Notes under the pieces: model-generated
What the model saw: only the letters and a program-made list of their open reading frames with translations
The model's database searches: none
What the model was told of the DNA's origin: nothing
Shown: piece by piece, positions 13,555 through 25,539 of the stretch
Layout: each line of letters opens with the position of its first letter
Position numbering within the stretch: the first letter of the stretch is position 1
Translations under genes and position numbers: made by a program
Assembly: GCA_951406725.2 (NCBI GenBank)
Contig: OX597816.1
Location: 150,908,001-150,972,000 of the forward strand
Origin: Octopus vulgaris
Lineage: Eukaryota
Direction of reading: 5' to 3'
Length of the DNA: 64,000 bases

Positions 13555-16500
13555 AGTCGTCTAAGAGTCCATAAGTCAAAATAAAAATGCACTCAAATAG
13601 CTGTCAATTGAGTGGGTATATTATCCGAAGTGTACAGTATTATATATCCATTACGACCAATCTTCGCGCTAGGGATTCAGTGAACTGTTATGTAGCAACC
13701 TGGTTATGTAACCCTGCACTCATCAGAGGTAGCCATTGTAGAATGAAATATTTCGACTGCTCTTATATATAAATGTATATCATCATCATCATCATCATCG
13801 TCATCATTGTCATCATCATCATTATCATTTAATGTCTGTTCTCCTTGCTGGCATGGGTTGGACGGTTTGACTAGGGCTGGTAAGCTGAGGGATTACACCA
13901 GATTCCAGTCTGATTTGGCATGGTTTCTACAGCTGGATGCCCTTGCTCATGCCAACCATTCTGAGAGTGTAATGGTGCTTTTACATGCCACTTTCACAAC
14001 TGCAATTTCATTTGGCTTGATAAGTCTTCTTCTCAAGCATGGCATATTGCCAAAGGTCTCAGTCATTTGTCATTGCCTCCATGAGGTCCAACGCTTGAAA
14101 GGTGCTTTTTACATGTCACCAGCATTGGCTACATTGCTTCCAAGAGGCCTAATGCTCAAAAGGTGTTTTTTATGTGCCACCAGCACAGGCGCCAGTTATG
14201 TGATACTAGCATTGGACATGACTATGATTTCACTTGGCTTGATGGTTCTCCTCAAGCATGACATATTACCAAAGGTCTCAGTCACTAGTCATTGTCTCAG
14301 TGAGGACCAAAGTTTGAAGATCATGCTTCACCACCTCGTCTCATGTCTTCCTGGGTCTATCTCTACCACAGGTTCTCTCCACAGTTAGAAATTGGCACTT
14401 CTTAACACAACTATCCTCATCCATACACATTACATGACCGTACCAGTGCAGTCGTCTCTCTTGCACACCACATCTGCATATATATACATACACCAAGATT
14501 CCTATTTTGATTCCAAGCAGTGACCTGAATGATAATAATAATGACATCGAAAAATATCTTAGCAATGAGAACCCAGGTTCTTGATATAGCCATTCTCCAT
14601 GATAGATCGCTAGCCACTAAACCTTTTTTATTTTCTCTCCTTGCGTATTTCTGTGTTCCATTCTGTCGAAGAGCATAGACTCAAAACGTAAAAGACTTTC
14701 TCACTTCCCGAGCGTTTAAGTAATACACCTGTTTGTTGTTTACACACCCATCTTCGTCTTTTGTTTTTTTGTAAATTCTCACTGTATATATATGCGTGTG
14801 GTTGTGAACTGAATTATTCAACCACATACCTATACCTATACCTATATCTGTACTGGAAATTACAGTGGCTCTACACTGTATGACCATTTCCTTTAAGATT
14901 TATCAGTTTATATATTTTTGTAGTTCTAGTTATCTATCTGACTTTGTGATTACCCAATATTGGACAGTGAAACATACAGATAAGTGTTCCTGTTTATACC
15001 TCATGTACCAATCATCTCCATGTTCTACTAGACAATATTCTTTACTGGTTTTTAAAGAAAGAGTTGTAGACATTCTTGATGTAGTCATATTTTGTATTTT
15101 ATAGGAAAAATACTCAGCAAATTAACATACTAGAGAAAAATACATAGAAAATTATGTATTGTTGTGCCAATAGCATATAAAGAAATTGATTCAAATTTTG
15201 CTTTAAATTATGTTTTCAAGATGAGGAAATCTTTGAGAGAACTGTTAAGAAATCTTTGTTCACTCTAAACTTTAAATATCAGTTGCTGTCATATAATTTT
15301 ATTCAACTTTAGAAAATGAAAATTTTTAAAATGATAACAATGTTTATTATTTAACATTGTTAATATTTTGTTAATTAGTTATGTAATGCAAAGGTAAAGT
15401 CTTAAAGACTTTTTAAATAAACTACTTCATCTTTTCTCATGATTACTACAACTACCCATAAACCAAATAACCATATTTAATTTGTTTGCTAAACTTAAGT
15501 CCAAACAATAATTAGTTCTGTAAATTAGTTTTCTCAGACTGCATATTGATTTAATTAGTTTCAGTAGTGTTGCTGTTATTTGAGTTGTTTCAAAACAGGT
15601 CATAGTGATGCAATCAAAGCAATTTATGCCCATGCAAAAAACACTGTAATTAGGTATTTTTACTGGAAAATTGTCTCCAAGGCCAGTCCATCGAGCACTC
15701 AGTACAGTCCAGTTACACCAAAGACAACAGACAGTAGGCTTGTAGCCAAACAATCAACTTCTGATGAAAAAATTCAAGGTTAATAACCAGTCTACAGTCT
15801 GTGGCTATCTCGTCAAATGACAGAGCAATCGATTGAATATTGTATTTATTTCATACAAGCCAAATAAATTGCCTGACTTTTTATAATGAGAAGCAGCCAT
15901 CACTTGGTATTATATGATGAGTTATGATGGTGATGCTTTGCTCATTAGTATTATTAGTAATACCAAGAAGAATAATGCAAAAGAAATAAGGTAAGAAAAA
16001 ATAAAGAAAGAAGAATTCGCAAGGTTGATTTTGACTAAAACTTTGAGATTTTTAGTTAATTTATAAAACTTAGAGTTTTGAACCAAAAGTTAGAAAAAAG
16101 GAGTCAATAAAATATTTTCTGAAATTTAAATGGTTTCAGAAAATAAAACTCTTCAATTGCAGTAGGCAATAGATATTTCTTTGATAGCTGAAAACTATCT
16201 GATTTTTTAAATCACCAGAGGATGTTGAAAGGTCTTTCTTTTTTGTGTAACATTAATGATAGTTTATATTTCTCAGAAGATCATAAGAAAATTTGAGCCC
16301 AGCCCTGCTAGTTCGTAAAACTCTTACCAGCCATAACAGTACCTTTATGATGACTTATTGGAACCTAATTACAGTTGCCTGAGTTGCACAGCAAAAGATA
16401 AGTATCTCACCTGTAACACAGGATAATGAGTAAAAGGATATGAATTATTAACTCTTCAACTGGGAGGTAACTAAACTTATTGACCCCACAAAATTTATAT

Positions 16501-19500
16501 TTATAGCTTATGTCTATGAGATTATAGCTGTTGGCAACTACTTAAACAATTTTTAAATGTCAATATACAAAACACACTATATAGACGTTAATTTGCTAGA
16601 AAAACATCAAAACCTCTAAATATTCAGGATGAAAAATATTACTTGCTGGATTTTATTATTGAAGTTCAATTCCTGTTGGAGACATATTTGGCTGTCTTCT
16701 CTTCAGGATCAACTTTTACAGAATGATAGATCTTTTCTGTATAAAACTGGAGATTTTCTGACTTTTAGGTAATTTTTCTGGAATTAAGAATTCCATTTTG
16801 CCTTATTGGTATTTCATAAAAATCTATTCTTCAAGATATATCATAACAAATTTTTATTTGCTTGCTACTCATATCTGTATGTTCTATATTAACTATACAT
16901 GAGTTGGTTATTTCAACTAAACTCCATTTAAGATGTTAGATTAAAAAAGAATGTGGGGTGGGCAGAGAGCAAGACAAGGTTAAATCAATGCTATCAAAAA
17001 GTAGAATGGACAAATTCAGTACAGCCAATGTCCAGTCTTGTATCCAACTACCAACTTCTGCTGCCTTGTAGATAAGTTTAGAAAATAAAAATGTAAGTGA
17101 GTGTACCATAAGAAAAAAAAAAGAGAAAACAATTGTTTAGTAAGCTTAGTACTCGTATCATAGACAGTTCTTCATTTAAATAGAGCTCTTGCAGACTTTT
17201 ATTGTTGTAAATACTTTTTTCTTTACACTACATCAAATGCTGTGGTATCAAAATATGGGCAGGCTCCAAGACATTTTAAATTGTTTATGCTACACATATA
17301 TCAGCGTTCCTTTGCATGTGCATCTTATGTAGACTTATGTAGCCTTTAGTGGCTTCAATCAACAACAGAAGGGAAGCATGGTAGTAGGGAGAGTTATCTA
17401 ATTTTAGATAATATTCACCATATATTTGAAATTTTACTACAAGTAAAGTAAAAATAAATGAAAATGAAAATAAATAGGGTTTACTTTTTCTGGTTCCATC
17501 CATTCTTTGAGACTGATTATAGCATCTAGTGCTTCCTTTCTGGCAAAAACCACTTCAAAAAACATTGCCTCATTTTTCGGCTGTACCACCAATGATATAA
17601 TGAAAATAAACAAAAACATAATTTTTTAATAAGAAGTAAAAATAGCTCATCAGCAAAAACTAATAAAGCATTAATTTTCAGATTATAAATTTACAATCCA
17701 GCACATGCCAGCATGGAAAAAAGTGATGTAAAATGATATGTTGATTTTGAAATTAAAATTTGTTCAATATTTATAACTGCACTACACTTTCATTGACTTG
17801 ATCTCTGATCATCTTAGGAAATTTTTGTTACTAGTGGAGTTCATAGTTTTTTCTTTAATTTCTTATATAGGAATAAGGCCAATATTCATAATCCTTTCCA
17901 GGGTCTCCAAGCCTGGTGGAGGAGAGAGAGAGAGAGAGGAAAGTATCCTTAAACCAGAAGCCTGAGCCAAATGCTCACAACTAACTGGACTCCACTAAAA
18001 GTATTCAAAGATCATATAGTGCTGCTAAATTGATTAAATTCATCACTCATGTAGGTTATAACAGGATTTGAGCTCAGAATGCAAGGAGACAGAATAAATA
18101 CTATTCTAAAAATTCTGTCAGTTCACTGCCCTAGACTGGTACTTCATATATCAAACCCTGAAGGATGAAAAATAAAGTTGGCTTTGGCAAAGTTTAAACT
18201 CAGAAAGTGGAGAACTGGAATAAATGCTACTGACACTCTGATATCTCTGCCAACTTTAACCCGGCATCATTATTTCTAAGCTACAGGTAATAACATTTGT
18301 ATCAACTAAGCCACTAGATCTAAACTTGTGGCCACTAGATTTAAAGATGAGATAACAAAAAATTATATTCTTATTAACATTCTATCTCTGACTTTCATTT
18401 TAAATATTGGCAAAAAATATTAATTCAAGTGTTTTAGATTTTGGTAATTTTTGAAAAATTCAGTAATACTTACCCTATGTAAATCTTTCACAAGAGCGTC
18501 TTCAATTTCTTGTTGACATTCAGTCAACATTTTCATAATTTTCGACAGCTGGTGAAGTCTCCATTCCACTGGAAGTGTACAACCAGTAGAAAAATTCTGT
18601 CGCAGCTCTTTGACAATCTAGAAAACAGACAATTTAAATAAGATTTCTTCGAAATTTTACTTCAAAATAAGAAAATATGTAAACAAAAGTTAAGAGAAAG
18701 CTAGAAATAGGTGATTCTTGATTGCTTATCTTCTAGTTAAGACACAATTACATTAAAATATCATCTTCTTAGCATTCATCCTTTTCCCTTCTACTTTGAG
18801 AAGCAAAACTTTGATTTCATCATTAAGCTAAATAACAAAATTTTAGATACTTAATAAAAAAAATGAAATCAAATCATAACTGAATATTGAGTGATTATTG
18901 AAGATTGCTTGAGTGTTCTCCGTTTAATTCTTTTTTTTTTTTTAATATTTTCTGATTAATTTTCAATGTTTCAATGATTTTCAACTTATTCTGATTCATT
19001 TTAACTTCTCAATGTTTATCACTCTTTTTAAGCTTTTGTCTTCTTTTAAGTATGTATATACGATACTAAATTATATTTCATTTTTTATCAAGAATTCTTT
19101 ATTGAAAAGTATGATTTTGTAATACAATATTTTTGAGAATAAACTAAATTTTGTTTATTTGTTTGTCTGTCCCTCTTTCCCTCCACTCATCTCTCCTTCC
19201 TTCTTTCCTTCCTTCCAACCTTCTATTTTACTGTCTCTACATACTGAATTTAATGATCCATTAAGCCCAAGGAATCACAAGGGTAACCATGAGTGATAGA
19301 CCTTAAACAATAACATGACTGGACATGGATCAATGAGAGTACCTCTATGTGTTTGCTGAACCTGCTAGAAATTGCAGGCAAATCTCTCTAACACAACATC
19401 CTTCTATCTTATAACAGTACAAAAGGACTCATTGATTAATGCTGTCTTTGGTATACTATTCCAGAAGAAAAGGTGCTCTGTCATGGTTAGGACTATTTCC

Positions 19501-19681
19501 ACTTCAATCAGTCACAGAGAAAATTCAATCCATCTCAGTACTAAAAAGTAACAAAATGCAGGTTGAGAAAGCCTTTAAATGGTTGCATGACCTTCTAAAA
19601 TTAACAGCCAAACCAAGATCAATGACTTCTCTTTAGGTTACTTCCATTAAATAATGTACTCATAAATACACTATAACTTGA

Positions 19682-19725
<44 letters not shown>

Positions 19726-21345
19726 GCTATGTATCTTTCCAGCAACTGCACAAATGGTGGGACACAATATTTCACATACAAATTCTTGGTCAGCAGTCTG
19801 CTTTCCAAATTCTAAATCTAGTTAACTCAGAATAAAAACAGTTTATCAATTCACTAATGAACTTAGAAGAATAGATCCTATTAAATTTTACTTATAAATA
19901 TTTTTGTGTAGTATAAACTAGAAAGTAGACCCCCTTCGATCATGAATGACCATGGAATTACACCTAGAAAGTTCCTCTCTGAGGGACAAGTCTGGGCAAG
20001 GATGTTTATAGAAGACTAGCAGTTGGTTATACATACTAGCCTCTCCTCTCCACACCACCACTGTTATCCAAGGGAAAGGCAAAGGCCAATACAGCTTGGC
20101 ACCAGTGATGTCTCAACTCATTTCTATAGCTGAGTGAACAGGATTAACATGAAATGAAGTGTTTTGCTTAAGAACACAACACACAACCTGGTCTGGCAAC
20201 AGAAAAAGTCAGCTTGTCCTCAGCAAGACCAAAGACTCCGCTTTACATTATCTTCATTTACCAACCACTTTACGGTGTGAACAGGATGCATTTTATTGTG
20301 GCACCAACATTGGAGAGATTGTCTTGTCCTTACCAAGACAAAAAAAGTCATTCTATCCTACATTGTTTCCATTTGTTCATCAGTATCAGAAAAGGTGTCT
20401 CCCTCATTCTGTAAGAGTAAAAGGGATCTTCTTTCCTGCAGTGTCACCATTCATTCCTTGTTCCCTTGTTCCCCTATGCAATTGAATGGCAAGTAAGCCA
20501 TAACAAGATGATGAGAGAAGAAAAACTAACAGAATAGAACTAGTGTGTTAGGAGTGAATGGGTTGTAGAAGAGAGAGTGATAAAGAAGTGAGAACTAATT
20601 GCCTCTGACACATAACATGAAAACTAATCTTTTGACAATGAATCCTGTCAAGAGTTAAGTGACATTTCATACTGTTAATATTTTTTTCTAAGGTAGCATG
20701 TATTGGAGCACAGAGCTGTGAATTTTGCTGAATTATTGGAGCAAATATTTCCAAGGTGATGATATTCAGCTGTCATTGGTTAAGTCAATTGTTTAACAAA
20801 TGTTGACACCATGAAGGCATACGGCCAATCACAGAAGCTTTAGCAAGATCCTTAAGTGTTTCACTCACTTGCAATGCTAAGTTCAAATTCTTTCAAAGAG
20901 AAAAGTAACTGGAATGTTTTAACATTCATTGTTTTTTCATGTATATTGGCAGCATGAAGAAATCAAGTAGAGTGGAGAGCATCTCAAAGAAATTGAAACT
21001 AGGTTACAGATTTGTTTCAGCTGATCTGGAGTTTTCTTCATACACAGTATACAATACATATATTGTAGTACTTACTGCAGCCAAATCTCAGTAACAGCAA
21101 GGGCATGAGCTAAGGAGGTAACATCTACATGGTTATTCAGACTACTAGAAATAGTGGCCAAATCTCCATGTAATCACACCTTAATGGATAAGGTGGTCCC
21201 AGATACATTGTGTCTGAATATAAAAATCAAGATAACCATGGCTGGAATGCCTTTGATCATGGATCTGTTTGATCAGTGAACAACTCTTCATATGAGTGAA
21301 AGCTCATCAAGCAATGATAAAAGTCACCTACACACATACACACAT

Positions 21346-21434
<89 letters not shown>

Positions 21435-24400
21435 CACACTGTTCAATTAGAGGTCAGTGAGAGCAAGATCTGAGAGAGAGAGGTGGGTGGGACTGTTTTC
21501 TACATTTCTTCTATACACAGTAATTAAGTTGAGGTGGTGCAGTGTAAGTAACAAAGTCCAAAACGAAGAGTAATTTCATTTGAAATGAGTTGAACCTTGT
21601 TGACACTTGTTGAACCTACTATCTATCTATCTATAGAAGCCTGAGAAGTATTGAGGCCAGAGAAAAGGCAGGACAAGCAGATACATTGCTATAGTGTTTG
21701 TCCTCAAATATAATAGTGTCTTAGAAAAGAGACTCAATAATAATAATAATAATAATAATCAAAATATCAACAACTAAAGGCACCAACAAATAAAACAAAG
21801 AGAATTCCAGAAAGTGGAAGTGGTTCTTGACAACTGTGGAGGAAAGAGTGATAGTTGCAATGCGGTAGTAGTAAGAGTAGCAGTAGTAGTTGTCATAGTA
21901 ATAACAGTGGTAAACGTAGTGGTGGTGGTGGTGGTGGTGGTATTGGCAGCAGACTTGGTAGTGGTGGTAGTGGTGGTGGTGGTTGTAGCTGTGGTGTGTT
22001 AGCAGCAGCAGTGACTGAAGAGGGACAACGGAGGAAGGTGGGGCATGAAGAAGAGAAGGACAAAGAAAGAGGACGGTACAGAGGATGAAGACTCAAGAAC
22101 TGAAGAAGACAGGGAAAGAGAAAGGAGAGAAATGAGGGAATTAAAGAAGAAGGAAGAGGAGGCGAAGAAGAAAAAGGAAGAGGAAGACGCCAGGAGGAGG
22201 AAGAAAAAGAAAGACGAGGAAGAGCAGGAGGAACGGCGGAAAAGAGAAAAGAGAGAAAAAGAAGAGATAAGGAGGAAGAAGAGAAAGAAATAGCAAGGTG
22301 ACTGGGGTGAGTGAACAATTATGTCAGTATATTATATACACCCTTTCAAATACATGCCTCACTTTCAATCCATGATTACCTAACCCACATACATCCCAAT
22401 TTCCAAATCATGTCTCCTTCCTTCCAATCCATATCTTCTTTCTAAGTCAGCCCTTCTTTCAACTTACTCCCTTTAGCATGTGTCCCCTTGCAATAGATTA
22501 TTATCTCACCTCTACAACATACTTCTCATTTCCAACAGGTCTCTATTTCCAATTTATCTAAACCTTACAATATGTTCACCTTCTTCAAATACATATTGTC
22601 CTCTCAACTCATATCTTACTTTTCAAAATATGTCTCCAGTTTCCAATACATCCCTTACCTAGAATCTTTTTCTCTTTTTTTCTCTCTTTCTACCACATAA
22701 TTCTATTTTGTAACACTATTTCTTTAAAAAAAATATCTTGTATGAAATGTCTAAATGTCTGAGATTGCTGTTTATAGATTATAATCTTCTAGGCTTTTAA
22801 TCTCATCTTTAGAGCATATAAGCATGTCTTACTGGGTTGAATCAGCTGTTGCTACAAGGTGTCTTAAATCTCATGACAATTGACAATGGACATGGTTCAA
22901 AACTGGATTCAAACTAAGGAAGTAAATTAAGGACTGTGACTTAATTATCCACAACTCTCAGTTTAGAAATAAGTGCCAGTATGAGGCCATGTTATATATA
23001 CACAGGAATAAATCTGATGACATGTAGGCATCCAAATGACTGGAGCAAAACATGGTATCAATCTAAATATTGTAAATATATATTCTAAACCTGAAGTTAA
23101 CTATAATCTGAAATGCCCATCATTTCTAACTAATGTATTCTAATAAAATATGGCTCCACATCCTTCCTATCTTTATTCCCTTCATACTTACATCTTTCAT
23201 TTCCAATGTGTGTCTTTATTTTCTATAAATGTCCCATCTTCCAAATCAACTAATCTTTCTAATACATTTGGTACTTACACACAATCGTGTTTTGATATCC
23301 CTTTTCACGTAAAATACACCAATCCGACCATACGACAGGCACCCATGCCAACCCCCTTTACTTGCGAAGACATGTTGGGGCAAGCGAAATCGAAATCGAA
23401 ATCGAATTGAACCAGCCAGGATCCCTGGTCTGGTGGTACGTAAAAAGCACTAGCCGACTCGTGGCTGATGCCAGCACCGCCTCAACTGGCTTCCGTGCCG
23501 GTGGCACATAAAATACACCAATCCGACCGTGGCCGTTGCCAGCCTCACTTCGCACTTGTGCAGGTGGCACGTAAAAAGCACCCACTACACTCACGGAGTG
23601 GTTGGCGTTAGGAAGGCATCCAGCTGTAGAAACATTGCCAGATAAGACTGGAGCCTGGTGCAGCCTTCTGGCTTCCCAGATCCCCGGTCGAACCGTCCAA
23701 CCCATGCTAGCATGGAGAACGGACGTTAAACGATGATGATGATGATGATGTTCTTTCTTTAAAATGTATGATCATTTTCCCAACATAAATTCCAGATCCC
23801 CAACACATTTATCCCTTTCAACTTAAAAGTAAATCACTTAAGTGTACCCCAAACCTAATCTGTCCCTAACAACCCATCTTCCCCTACAGCTCATTTTCCT
23901 TAGACCCACCTCTTCCCCTACACATCTCTCTAACACCCAAAATACTTGCTGACCTCACTAGTGCTGGTGTCACATTAAAAAATAACACCCAGAGCACTCT
24001 GTAAAGTGGTTGGCATTAGGAAGGGTATTTGATTAATAAGAGAGACTAGTATATATAATATATTGGGTCATCCCATAAATAATGCGGTTTTTTGAGTTGT
24101 ATGAACTAAAAGTTGGAGGGGGACAGGATAAACTACCTGCATCAACTTGCTATAAAAACAGGTAGTAATTTTGCCTTGTTCTCTTTCATAATGTAAGTTT
24201 TGAAGAGTGCAGTACGATTTATCAGTTATTTTTTCAAAGCTATAATAGGAGTGACAAAGGAGCATATTTGGCATATTTTTCTTTATGAGTTCAATAAAGG
24301 CAACCACAGAAAGTGTGAGGAATATTAATGCAGTAAATGGGGATCGGACAATAAGCATAAACCAGTGTCAACGATGGTTCCAGAAATTCCGAGCTGGAAA

Positions 24401-25484
24401 CCACAGCCTAGAAGACAAGCCTCATCCTGGAAGATCTGTAGAGCTTGATGAGGATGCCCTGCAAACCCTGGTGGAACAAAATCGCACCGTAACTGTTGAG
24501 GAACTAGCAGAGAAGATTGGATTTGGTCATTCAACCATTCATCGACACCTGCATGCCATAGGAAAAGTCAGCAAATTGGGTCAATGGGTTCCTCACAAAC
24601 CTCCTGAGTTTAATCATGTGCAGAGAGTGAATGTGTACTCTTCTTTGCTATCATGTTTCATGAATGAACCTACTTTGGACTGAATAGTGACTGGTGATGA
24701 GAAATGGGTTCTCTATAAAAATTCCAAGTGCCAAAGACAGTGGGTAGGGAAAGGAGAAACACCAGCACCCCAGGCTAAAGAAGGTCTTCACCCACATAAT
24801 GTGTTGTTATCTGTTTGGTGGGATATGAAAGGTTTAGTCCACTTTGAACCTTTAAAACCAAACCAAATGATAACAAAGGAGATCTATTGTGAGCAGCTTG
24901 AGCACCTTAAGTCAGCGTTAGAAGACAAATGACCATCTTTGGTTTCGAGACTAAAGGTGTTCTTCCATCAGGATAATGCTCAGCCATATACAGCAAAGAT
25001 AACATTCCAAAGGCTGGAACAGTTTGAATGGAAAACGATGCCCCACCCACCATATTCGCCAGACATTGCCCCATCTGATTATCATTAATTCTGCAGTCTT
25101 CAAAATCATTTGGATGGAAAAAATATGAATTTTGCAAATGGGATCAGAACAGTACTGGAGGGGTATTTTTCATTATGGACAAGTGAATTTTGGAAGAGGG
25201 GCCTTGCAAATCTACCACATAGATGGAAAAGCATTGTAGAAAATGAAGGAGAATATATTTTAGGTTAAAAAAGAACTTTATTCATCTTAAATTTGAGAAA
25301 TAAAAGAAGTATAAAAAAACTGCATTATTTATGGGATGACCCAATATATATATACATATATATGTATATATTCATTTTTAGGAGTATAACTTTTAAGTAG
25401 AGAATGCTTTATCTACTTCAAGTTCTACATCTATAAATGAGTTATTACATGTTCTCTAAAAGTCTAGAAACTCTTATGATGTTA

Positions 25485-25539
<55 letters not shown>

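Noticed and set aside
21072-21106. Alternative ALDH3 first exon (ATG CCC TTG...TGC A|gtaagt, minus strand)
   Set aside because: The phase-1 donor is incompatible with the phase-0 acceptor at 18617, and it sits in repeat-like sequence
21814-22318. Gly/Val/Lys-Glu-rich ORFs (and other poly-residue ORFs in the track)
   Set aside because: Translations of microsatellite or low-complexity DNA without splice or homology support
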